Notes under the pieces: model-generated
Database searches by the model: none
What the model was told of the DNA's origin: nothing
What the model saw: the letters and a program-made list of their open reading frames with translations, nothing else
DNA from: Amoebidium appalachense
Taxonomy: Eukaryota; Protista; Ichthyosporea
NCBI GenBank assembly: GCA_963693365.1
Contig: CAVNZM010000014.1
Span: forward strand, 4,216,001 to 4,280,000
Reading direction: 5' to 3'
DNA: 64,000 nucleotides
In this document: one piece after another, positions 52,295 to 64,000 of the stretch
Position numbering within the stretch: position 1 is the stretch's first letter
Layout: each line of letters begins with the position of its first letter
Translations under genes and position numbers: made by a program

Positions 52295-54338
52295 TTATGT
52301 GTTGGACTCCTGCCCGCTCGTTGTGGCAGATTTATAATTTACATCTTGTGACCCATCGGGTTGACTGTTCTGTGGTTGTTCGGACTGAGGCGGTGGGTTT
52401 TTTCCTATTAGGCAGGGGTATTCATGTAAGTATTTTAAAGCTATCACGTTTTGGACCCCCCCTACCCCCCCCCCTCTCTCCGCCCCCCTCCCCCCTCCCC
52501 CCCCCCCCCCCCCCCACACACACACACCAAACTGTAGGAATGTGGTGTAAACACACACACACACACACACACACCGCACACATACACAGGATCCGAGATG
52601 GGGGGGGGGGGGGGGGGGGGGAGAGGAGAGGGAGGGGGGTAAGGGGAGGGAGGATGGGTGGGGGAGGGGGGCTTAGGAGGGGAAGGGGGGGCGGCACGGG
52701 GGGCGAGGGGGGGGGAGGAAGGACCGGGGGGACATGTAAAACTGTGAACATATCACATGTTTCTAGTTTTTACTAGCAAACCATATGTCTGCAATATAAT
52801 TTCGGTGCAGGGGTGTGTGTGTGTGCGTGTGTGTGTGTGTGCGTGTGGAGGTTGGGGAAAGAAGGGGACAGGGAATGAGGAGGGGGAATAGGAGGAGGGG
52901 GACGAGGGGAAAAGACTAGGGGAGAGGGGGGGGGAGGGACCGGGGGGGGGGGGGGGGGGGAGAGGGGGGGGGGGGGTGCATCCTTACCGTGTGGCTGTGA
53001 TGGCTCGTCAATGTCTACACGGTAATCATCGGTAAGAAACCGATTGACGTCGAAGCTCTCAGAGTCGTCCACAACATTTTCATGTCTAGCCCGCACGTCA
53101 AGCTCACGGCAATCGCTGTTTGGATCCGATTCCGACGCTTCACCAGCACCGCTATGATTCCGCTTCCTACAGTTGCTAGGTTCATCGATGGGCATATCAA
53201 TAATAACCGAATTATTATCTGACGTCGTTTGGTCTGGAGGGGGGTCCCGTATTGTGTCCGCAGTCTCGCCGGGAATATCAATAACTACGTCTGAATTATT
53301 CTGGAGTAATCTTAAACAAATTCTGGGGTCTTCGCCACATGTTCTTTTACGCTTGCGGCATGCGCGACATGACTCACCCCGCGCACGTTTAGCAGGTTTA
53401 GGATCATTGTTATCGGCCACCACTACCACAACAATCCCAAATGACAGTACGAACAGTGAAGTTACAATAATGCCATACTTCATATGACCCTCCAAAACAG
53501 ATTGATACTGAGCTGGGTTGTGTGGCGGTGCCGATTTTGGTAGCTCGGCTGGGGATGCTTGTACCTGTTGCCATGCAAAAATAGAAGCACATGCTACCGA
53601 AAATAGGACTAATAGTAGTGCTGTTGCTGGTCGCCACAGTTTTCGAGAATGTTGTAGCACACTCGTTGCCGCGCAAATGCGAGCGAAATAGTGCAGAACT
53701 ATTAGTGCAAGAGGGAGAATGGCGTAGCTGATGATAGCCCAAATAGGTAGACTGACCGCAGCTACAGCAAAAACGACGGGGAAAAGTAGCCAAAATATGA
53801 TGCAGTCTAATAGCTCGCGAAGAAGCCACAGCCATGATGCCTGACTTTGTCCCCACCGCTCCTTCGACGTAGTAAGGCGTTGTCCTGCAATGTATGCTCT
53901 TGCCCACGCACATTGGTACTGCCTAGGACTACTGGCTTTGTTTGTTGCTTTGTACACGGGATTACAGCAGTGCTTACTGCATGCACCTTGAAACCCTGCG
54001 CACGGTCTGTGTGTTGGTAGTTTGTGACGGAGCCTCCGCCACTTATGAGCTACCCGCAAGTGCCGCCGGTATTTGTTAAGTGGTGTTTCGCCTAAAAGTG
54101 GCACTACAACGAGCTTATTAAATGAAAGCCAGACACGTTCTGTAATGAAAACACATGCGAAGAGAAAGGCTTCTGCAAAAATGCTAAAGATATCCCACAC
54201 AGAAACAAAGAATAGGGCGAGGCTAAATGAAATCTTGATAGAAAAGAACTTCGGCAGAAACTGCCTCTTACTACCACTATTACTTCTAGTCAGGTCATGG
54301 CATGTGCCATGCCTGCAGTGTGGCATATCGCCACACAT
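52295..54338 (-). CDS. Multi-pass membrane protein with a basic Cys cluster; exons 52988-54338 and 52295-52404; possibly the 5' part of the RAG1-like gene
   Basis: 450-codon open exon from ATG 54338 with several hydrophobic segments, then KPAKRARGESCRACRKRKRTCGEDPRIC; donor GTAAGG and acceptor CTAATAG are in phase. Confidence 0.6.
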
Positions 54339-55017
54339 CTTTATTTAACTATTATATGCCTAATATTTGAACAACTCCTCTACATGTGGTGTATACGTAG
54401 CCAGACTGAAGTGCTCAAAGCCCGAATCCCCACGTTTCATCGTACCGGTTTACACCGGCCAGTGGGCTCGCATACTTCTGTGCTCATACAAAAGCCAAAA
54501 AAGGCTAACAATAAGGCAGGTATTGGTTACTGTCAACAGCAACAGAGGGCAGGAAATAAAGTAAACCAATTAGAAGGAACAACACTTTTGAATAGAGGTA
54601 GGCAGAAATAGTTTCTAAGATCACTCTCCTTCTCTTCAGTTGGAAGCTAGTCAGTCACCTTGCACAACGGTGCCACCAACGGCCGTGCAACGTGCACCTT
54701 TAGCAAGCATCTGCTGTTTTTGCGCGGTGAATAGAAAGCTGGAAAGAAGTTAAAGGCGTAAATTCTTTTGTAGAGCTTGTTTATTTGTTGTGCTGTGGCA
54801 AGGCTGCGCACTTGGGGCGGCGTGGTTTTGGCGCGAAAAAAAGGAGCATCCCGTCACCAGCCGCCGCCAACGGACGTGCCAAGCGGAGAAAAAATCGGAC
54901 GAATCAAAAGCTCGGAGCGGTGCTAAAATCGTCTAATATAGCATTAATAACACTATTATTAAATACTGCAAGCTTGCGTGAACAATTGTCCACCCTTTTT
55001 TCCCCCTCTAAGATACA

Positions 55018-55708
55018 TTCTTATGCCAACGTCGTCTTTACCAGCCCCAGCAAGGGGATACATGAGCCGGTGCCTGTGGATCAATCTCACAAGCAGGCAC
55101 AGGTGTGCTCCACAGGAGCAATGAAAAGAATGACAAATGTCATACAGAAACATGCTCAAAAAACGTAGCCTAGTGCCTAAATAGGCAAAGGGTGTGGTGG
55201 GTGGGCAAAAACTTAGCTAAAAAATTGGGCCTAAAGAGACCTAAACGCGCTCAGTAGCGCCGCAACTGACCTCCCTGGGGCCGCGCAAGCTCATTATAGA
55301 GCGCGGCCCACATTTTTGCCTATGGAAATATGAAGAAATGATTTAGAACCTATCAAATCCATGAAATCTACCAAAATGGAATTTTTGCTGCACATCAACC
55401 AATGAAAAATTTTCACAAGTGGCTAAAACCCCTAGATCATAAAGACCAAATCGATTGCCGCCCATTTCGGACTAGATATAACTCAAACTCATCAATATAT
55501 CCATATGGCATATCCCACAGAACATAAAAACAGCTACAGCTCCCTAAATAAAAATGCTAGCAGCCTGAAACTTTGCACACACATCAAACACACCATGGCC
55601 TACAGCATTATACTACCACGAAGTTTACAGCACACTCGCAACACACAATTTCACTCCAACGGGGCTATCTAATTCTCCTGCAAAGAAAACACGTTTACAA
55701 ACTTAATA
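55018..55708 (-). mobile_element. Solo A-spacer-B2 unit, family 1
   Basis: Almost identical to 46249-46938; precise ends. Confidence 0.92.
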
Positions 55709-56125
55709 TAAAAAGGAAATAAAATGGCACTCGTCTCACCTATAGCGTCTCACCAGAACCATCTACGCTTTGCCTGTTTTTGTTTTCTGCTACCCCTTTC
55801 TGGTACCATGTCGTATACGCCAATCATCATGGACCACATCGCCATCAGGCGGCCGGCTGTTTACACTCCTCGGATTCGACTTAACCAATCAGTACCCAGC
55901 TGCCGGCTCTCGAAACTATGAAATCTTAGCTTCCCATGCTCTCATAGACATCCTGTAGAATGAGTGCAGACGTCTTTAGGACATCTGTTAACTACCCCAT
56001 GTTCCGGGATGATAAAAATATGTCCTCAATCCGTCAAAGATATCATTAAGAAGTAAAAGACATGAAAACCCGAAAGACGTCTTCCATATATCCCGTATGC
56101 ATCCGCAACCCATCGGACAATTTAA

Positions 56126-57274
56126 TATTTAGTTTGTAAACGTGTTTTCTTTGCAGGAGAATTAGATAGCCCCGTTGGAGTGCAATTGTGTGTTGCGAGT
56201 GTGCTGTGAAAATCGTAGTAGTAGCATGTTGTAGGCCTTGGTGTGTTTGATGTGTGTGCAAAGTTTCAGGCTGCTAGCATTTTTATTTAGGGAGCTGTAG
56301 CTGTTTTTATGTTCTGTGGGATATGCCATATGGATATATTGATGAGTTTGAGTTATATCTAGTCCGAAATGGGCGGCAATCGATTTGGTCTTTATGATCT
56401 AGGGGTTTTAGCCACTTGTGAAAATTTTTCATTGGTTGATGTGCAGCAAAAATTCCATTTTGGTAGATTTCATGGATTTGATAGGTTCTAAGTCATTTCT
56501 TCATATTTCCATAGGCAAAAATGTGGGCCGCGGCCGCGCTCTATAATGAGCTTGCGCGGCCCCAGGGAGGTCAGTTGCGGCGCTACTGAGCGCGTTTAGG
56601 TCTCTTTAGGCCCAATTTTTTAGCTAAGTTTTTGCAACTCTAGTCCCCGTTTTTCGTGCTCTTGTTCGTTTTTTCTCTAGTTTTTTTTGCCCAGGAGCGC
56701 GCGCTTAGCTTCGGCAGCATCTGGTAAGAGTTTTGCGTGCGCGCCATTGCGTTTTAGCTGGTTTTCGGACGTTTTTTGCGGTGTCGGTTTTCCCACGTTT
56801 TTGCATTTTCCCGTCTTCGTTTTCAAGTTTTCGTGCTCTAGTCTGGTTTGTGAGCATTGCAATGGCCCCTCCTCCTGCTCTGGTCGCCAAGGGGGCCGCT
56901 CTCCTCGAAAAGCTTTTGGAGATCTCTACCGATGCGGACGACGCAAGCCTCAAAAGTCTTGCCGTTTTGCAGTCCAACGCCCTCCCCTGGAACAGCCTGC
57001 CGGCAGAAACCGTCAACAGTGTGGTTTCAGCCCTCAAGGCGCGCTCGGTGGCTTTTGATGACCCTGAGATGGTCGGTTGGAAAGTCACCGACCAGCTGCA
57101 CTTGCTCTGTCGCACTCCTCGCAGCGGCCGTGCCTCCCCCCCACCTGGGTCGCCCTCTCCACAGCGGCGTTCTGACGGTGTAGACGTCCAAGAGCAGCTG
57201 CAGGCGCTTTCTGCCCAAGTGCAAGCCCTCTCTGTTGCCCAGTCTGGTCGCCCCAAGAAGCCCTCTGCCGGCGG
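56126..57274 (+). mobile_element. Family 1 left end (A1, leader, 5' part of gag from ATG 56862), truncated at 57274
   Basis: Identity to gag ends at CCCTCTGCCGGCGG, followed by unrelated sequence. Confidence 0.9.
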
Positions 57275-58151
57275 GGCCCGGGTACCATATCAGGAGCGGG
57301 CAATTTTTGAATTCTCCCTCCCCGGCCCCGCCGGGGAAAATTTGAGGTTTTTGGACCTCAAAGAAGTCAAATCCTGCAAAATCCACTACCGGGAGGCCAA
57401 AAAGGGTGATTTTACAAAAAAGGAGGGACATACATGAAAAAGAGAAAATGGGCGAGTTCAGTGGGCTGCCGATAAGTATATTTCGTGCTGGGCCGGTATA
57501 CATGCTGCCGTGGTTGTTGCTGTAGACGGCAGTATGGCATCGCATGTGTCACGTGACCTGCACGTGAATGCGACCATGTGCAGGCACTGAGTCTAGGGGG
57601 ATTTGTATGTGTGTTTTGGAGCACCGACAAGGCAGAGCCAGGGTGAGGGATGTGTAAACATGGAGTTTAGGGAGATCGTGCTGCTATTGTAACGTGTGCA
57701 CAAAACAGCCACGTGCACCGGCACACTCCGGTGTACAGAACAATAATATGCACATGCGTCACTGTAATATCATGTATGCGCATGCCGCACAAGGTTTAGG
57801 AGACCACCACAGTATATACTATTTTCTTTTGGTTGATATCCATGTAGGAATGGTGTGTTGCAGTTGTCATGATCAGCCTGAGGCAGGCACGTGCACTCAC
57901 TGAATCACTAGAACTCATGAATAAAAAATACATTCGCTAAAAACGGCAAGGTAAATTTGGGGCCAAGCTATTATTTCCCCCTTTTAAACGTTTTTTTAGC
58001 TCCAAGAACTTCGACGCCAAAATTTCTATATTTGGCCATCGTATATGATAATGAACACGTGTACTTAAATTAAAGTAGTTATATAAATATGAGCGGCCCG
58101 TTACAAATACAGTGACGAAAAACAGTGACCCACGAGCAGTTTTTCTTTCTA

Positions 58152-58206
<55 letters not shown>

Positions 58207-59536
58207 ACACACACCAGACACACACACCACCACCACGGTGACCACCACCACCACCACCACCACCACTCACCCCTTAAAAAAACCACACACATACGTGCAC
58301 GTGTACACACACACACAGAACACCACCACCACCTCCACTGGACCCCATTTCCTCGTTGTTTTCTTAAGCCTTCAGACCAGTCCTGCACACTGGAGTTAAA
58401 CAATTGAATTCACCTAGGCTGACATGCATCCACCCCCCGCCTTCCACTTCCCTCCCCCCCACCCCCTCCCCCCCACCCCCCCCACCCCCACCCCCTCCCC
58501 CTCGATGAAGAAGGGCCCCCGTAAGCCTTGGGGGGGGGGGGGGGGGGGGGGGAGGGGAGGGGGAAGGGGGGAGCTCTTGAGCCTCCGGGTAGGGAAGTGG
58601 GGTCCGGGGATCCGGAGAGGAGGGGGGGGGGGGGGGGGGGGAAGGGGCATATAATATTGGGCCTAGATATCATAGTATGGGGCCCCGGGGGAGGGAGAGG
58701 TGGGGGGGGGGAGGGGGGAGGATCCACGGGAAAGACCTTTAGGTGCATGTTCTTATTTATACCCCCTTCGAATCATCCCCCCTCTCCCCCCCCCCTCCCC
58801 CCCCCCTGAGTGCAGGCCGTGACGTAGCTACGATAACCCTGCAGAAGGCAACAAAAATGTATTAATTACTAGCACTATACATGTGTTCATAGTGCAGCTT
58901 GCACCACGTATGATCTCAGCAACTTTAAAGTAGTCACAAAGTTTAGTTATTTTCATTATTTTCATTGCTCTGAACTCTATTACTCTGAAATGATCACCGT
59001 GCATGTGCCGCAAGATAACAACCCTATATGTGTGCAGCTGCTGCCTGCAGGTTAGACTCGCTGAAAAGACAATTGTCAGTGTGCATCCGACGCTTGCAGC
59101 TGCAGCTAGCCTCTGCAACATTAATACTTGCCAAGTGAATGCTCTTACACTTGATCATCATTCACTCAAAAAACCGAGGACAGACAGATTAAATATTAAT
59201 GTCGATCCGAATGATCAGCAAGTGTCTATGCGTACTACTATATATACACACACGTAAAATGCGAAGCTATCAGTTACAAGGCACACCTGCTGCACTGGCA
59301 CACATACACATACACACCGGCAGATCGATGCTGTCAAAATTTACTTTCATGTACTTCGTAGGTCCGACACAGGTGCACATGAACACGTACATATGTACAA
59401 GCCGCGCACACACCACACCACACATACACACACACACACACACACTCACACACACACACGCACACACGCACACACGCACACACGCACACACGCACGCACG
59501 CACGCACACACACACACACACGCACGCACGCACGCG

Positions 59537-59602
<66 letters not shown>

Positions 59603-61709
59603 GACACACACACACACACACACATCACTGGGTGCGCTCGCTGGGGATTAGTTTTTTGGCACGCTGTTGACTTTATCGTGTGTTTATTATTTGCTATTTA
59701 TTGGCCAGCGGCCAACATTTAAAAATATACTATATACCTAAAAATAGATACTGACTACGGCCAGCAGACATTATACACCTTCCAGGACACATTAACACCA
59801 ATAGTCTAACACACCATACTCTCGATCACAAAGAATTCCTAACAAACAGAGAAAAGTGCAAAGGCTCTGTACTATTACTCAGATTCTAAATTTTAATTCT
59901 TTACAGTAAACTTCGGAATGAAAGCTAGCCCCCCCCCCCCCCCCCCCCTCCCCCCTAACATGACTGTACGAAGAACAGGTATAACTTGAAGCACTACAAC
60001 ACATATGAGATCCGTTACATTGGTGTACATTCCAATATTAGACACTAGTTTGGCTACTCTGACTACTCTGAGATCCTGATTGGCTGCCTGCAGACTTGCG
60101 GCCACGATTACTTTGCTTTCGATCGTGCCATTGCAGCTGCGTCTCTCCAGCAGGTGGCAACGCCAGGCCCAGCACAGCAGATGCACGAGAAGGGGGTGGG
60201 AACTGCCCACCAGCCGAGGGCTGGCCCACATGGCCCAAGTAAGGATGGGGACCGTGCTGCGGCAGTAGCCCAGGCATGGGGAAGGCAGGGCCGGGCTGAG
60301 GCGGCATGATGCCCCACGGTGGGGGCCAGCCATGTGGGTGGTGCGGGCCTGGATGGGGTGCAGGGGGCATGTGCGGCACATGGCCCTGCTGCATGTCAAG
60401 CGCGGGTGCTGGTGGCATGGCATCCTGATTGGCTGCAACCCAACGTGGGCAGCTCTTGGCCCGATTGGAGCCGGGGCAGCCCTTGCCCTGGCGGCCACAC
60501 GTCTTGCAGGTCTTGGGGGCTCTCTGGGGTGGCTGCATAGGAGGGGGCACCGGCAAATCCATCTGCAGGGGCCCCTCAGGGCCAATGTTGCGATGCTTTT
60601 TGCCCACTAGCATGGGCAAGGGCCGCTCACGCTGCGCCCCTGCATCGACACCGTCTGGAACAGGGAGGGGTGGCAAGGGGGCAGGCCGTATGGTTGCTGG
60701 CACAGCGTCTGCCCTCTCCTCGCGCATACGCTTGCGGTGATCTGCCAGGCCCTCGTGTGTGGAGCGCTGTGCATGTGCCGTCTGCCAGGTCTTCCACTTG
60801 TCGAAATGCTTCTTGATGTAGGCCGCATCCTTCATGTAGATTCCCCCAGCCACAGAGGCAGCCTTGTTGAAGTCTTGGGCCAAAGCCTCGAACAGCTGGC
60901 CGTTGGGCTTTGCATGTGCCTTGTAGGTGCCCAGGAGCAGCGTGCTGAATAGCTTGCGCTCCTGAGGGGTAAGCACCGGAAGGAAGGGGATGGCCACATG
61001 TTGCTTCTGCGCCAGGAACTTGTAGTCGCCCCTCAGTGCAGGGTCCGGCTGTGGTGCACCACGCGCCACCTGGTTGCCCCCCCCCATGGCAGCACCGTCA
61101 CCCTCCTCGACCTCACAGTCCTCTGGCCCGCCCATCACGCCATTGGCTGCAGGCTCGATGTTATCAGACGGAGGTGGGGGTGCGGGCACCGCAACTGGCT
61201 CCTGCGCCGGGGCATTGGCCACACAGGAGAGCGGGGCAAAGTTGAAGTACTCCTCCGGTAGCTTGTAGCAGCCTACGGGTACCCACTGGGGGTCGAGGTG
61301 ATGGCCGTACAGCATCAGCGCCAGTGCCTCCATGTCGTCAACAATCCAGGGGCTGTAGTGGGGGGGCCCCGATGCCTGGCCCAGGCGGTTGCGGTAGTGT
61401 GCACGCAGGTTGTGGCGGTGGCGCCTATTGGACATGGTGGCGTCCAGCAGGCGCAGCGACATGCGTGTGGCCCCAAAGTGGGTGGCCAGGGGGTTGTGCA
61501 CTGCCCCCTCCACCTCGTTGGTGCCCCGGATGCAGCGGTAGCGCATGAGCCCATCTGCGTCGGCAGTGGTCTCGTAGTAGAGGGGCAGGCCGGGGGGGGT
61601 CCGACAGACAGCCATTTTGGGCGTGTTCGAGCAGCGACTGTGGGGGCACAAGCAAACATCAGAGAGATGGGTGGGTGGTGGTGGTGGTAGTGTGTGTGTA
61701 TGTGTGTGT

Positions 61710-61740
<31 letters not shown>

Positions 61741-61820
61741 GGGGGGGATGGGGTTGCTAAGGAAAAAAACGAGCAGGGAAAGGCAAAAAACAACTGGCTA
61801 GGCAGCAAGGGCCGTGCGGG

Positions 61821-61900
<80 letters not shown>

Positions 61901-62492
61901 ATGTTTGGGGGGGGGAGGGGGGGGGGGGGGGGGGGGGGGGAGGCTAGGGTGTGCGTGTGTGTGCAGATGAACCAAGGATGACAAATAAGCGAAGAATCTT
62001 TTCTGTGGTGGTGGAGTTGTTGGGCGCCTGCAGGGGGAGGGGGGGGGGGGGGGGATGTTGCCTCGAGTCTTTCAAAGCCATCCTTCTTGAACAGAGGCTT
62101 GCCATCCGGTCCGGGCGGCACATCCTTGTAGGTGTTTTTGAACTCCACCAGCCGCGAGACCAGCGTGTATGGGTCGGGAATAACCCGCCGGATGCGCTCC
62201 ATGAAGTAGCTCAGGTCGCCGCCCTTGAGCTCGGTTTCAATGTCGATGCCCTTCTGCTCCAGCACCCCCTGTGAGGCAGGATGCCAATATTAATTTACTA
62301 CGCACACTGCAATTTGGGTTTGGTAGACTTTGATACCTGCCGTTATTGTAGGACCCCTCCCCTCCACCCCCCCCATCTTCTCCCCCAACACAAGTAAAAA
62401 ATGCATGTGGCTATTTCCCCCCACAACCCTACATTATTTCTCTCTAGGCATATGAATAACCCCCACTCTCCTCCCCCCCCTCCCCCCCCCCC

Positions 62493-62526
<34 letters not shown>

Positions 62527-63566
62527 TTGCCCCCCCTCTCTCTGAGGCTCAGGCTCTCTCTCTTCCCTCAGAAGTTTTGTCGAAGGTGTGCATGGTTGTG
62601 GGTGGAATGGTGAGTGTGTGCTAACGAGTGTATGTGTGTGTGCGCGTCAGTCACGCATGTTGTTGTTGCCGTTTTTTTTATTTTTATTTTTTATTTTTTA
62701 TTTTGGGGGGGGGGGAGGGGGGGGGGGCACCTTCACATGTCCGTAATCCTCTTCATTCCACACAAATATTGCCTCGCTGAGTGCGCGTGCGTACTCAGCC
62801 CTGCGGGGGTGTGACTTGTACGTGCCGTCCGCCGTGTTTGCAATGGAGTGGAAGGCGTCATTCAGCACAGTCTGCCACACCACCTCCCCAGGCGGTGCCT
62901 GGCCCAACATGCCCTCTCTGGGAGCTGCCTCGGGTCCCCCTGGGGCTGCCTCAAGGCCCCCCGGGGCTGCCTGGGGGTCCTGGGGGGGTGCCTGTGGGCC
63001 GGCAAGGGGTTGCTGCTGCTCGGCAGGGGGAGGACTGGCAGGGGGAGGGGCTTGGTCAGGGACCACCGGCACCTCGGCACCTGGGTCCGGTGGGGGCTGA
63101 ATGGGCCGTAGCCACTGCAGGTGCACCATCAGCTCAAAGGGCGGCGGGCCCAGCTCTCCCAGGGTCTTGCCCTTGTCGGGGCCAAAGGGCACCTGCATGG
63201 CCGGCGACAGCACCTGATCCACCCGCACCACTGCATGCTTCTTGCCCACCTTCATGCCCCCCCAGCGCTCCGGCTGCACAGCCAGCACCACCCCGGTGGC
63301 TGCTGCAGCATGTGGGCCCCGCCGGGGCACAATCTCAACCCCTTCACCGAGTGCCTTTGCATGAAGCCGCGCTGCATGTCATAGAGGGAAGCAAAAAACT
63401 CAGCCAAAAAGCCACAGCACCAACGTTTTTCTCTTCGCTCCACAAAAATCAAATGCATATTCCTTAGCAACCCCCTTCCCCCCCCCCCCCCCCCTTCTCC
63501 CTCCCCCCCCCCCCCTCTCCCAGTGCCCAGCTTGTGTGGCACTTGCACGTGTTAACAGTGCTATAG

Positions 63567-63597
<31 letters not shown>

Positions 63598-64000
63598 ACC
63601 ACCACCACCACCACCACCAATCACCCCCTCCTTTGATAGCCACCCGACACCCAGCATAACACAACTGGAACACTGGCCCATGTGGTCAGCCACCCCCCCC
63701 CCCCCCCCCCCCCCCCCCCTCCCCCCTCCCCTCTCCTCTGGGGGGCCCACAATCTTTCTATATCTGGCATAAGCACATAAGCACTGGGGCAAAAAGCAGG
63801 TGGGATACACACCTGACAGGTTTGGCCTATCGACCACGGCCGAGTAGACCTGCAGGGACGCATATGCATCAAGGGCAGCGTAGGTGGCCTGCACCTCTGA
63901 TAGCGGCTCGTGCCAGTTGGAGCATCGAACAAGTGCCGGCTTGGGCAGCTTCTTGCCTATGACCTGGGCAGTGATGTCGGCCAAGCCCCGGGCCGCAGAG
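57275..64000 (-). mobile_element. Probable Zisupton-like DNA transposon (one end at 57275, the other outside the window)
   Basis: Sharp breakpoint within gag starting GGCCCGGGTACC, downstream of a Zisupton-like gene; partner TIR and TSD are not visible. Confidence 0.45.
60038..64000 (-). CDS. Zisupton-like (KDZ group) transposase with WRN-type 3'-5' exonuclease, 3' exons (63813->64000, about 62731-63303, 62062-62268, 60038-61637); one frameshift in the homopolymer near 61595
   Basis: Exonuclease motif VRCSNW..PLSEVQATYAALDAYA; LNDAFH..SHP..ALSEAIFVWN; GCLSDPP/GLPLY; YRCIRGTNEVEG.VH; C-terminal CKTC..CPG..C finger. Confidence 0.72.

Overview
Repeat-dense eukaryotic (protist/alga-like) genomic DNA with spliceosomal GT-AG introns full of (TG)n/(CA)n and poly-G/C tracts; most ORF-track entries are microsatellite artefacts. 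The window is dominated by a tyrosine-recombinase retrotransposon family of the split-direct-repeat (Ngaro/PAT-like DIRS order) type, A1-gag-RT/RNaseH-YR-B1-A2-B2. It is present as one near-complete copy (22022-28268), several deleted copies and solo A-B2 units. A diverged sister family has its recombinase replaced by a (CA)n microsatellite. These elements are nested up to four deep and often sit inside their own termini. Also present are the 3' exons of a universal-stress-protein gene, a piggyBac-like > Harbinger-like > solo-SDR nest, and two tandem arrays (~183 bp and ~378 bp units). A frameshifted, intron-containing RAG1/Transib-like DDE transposase is flanked by a convergent three-exon orphan gene and an upstream transmembrane/Cys-cluster gene. 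The window ends with the 3' part of a Zisupton-like transposase carrying a WRN-type 3'-5' exonuclease. All homology calls come from motifs recognised by eye, not from database searches.
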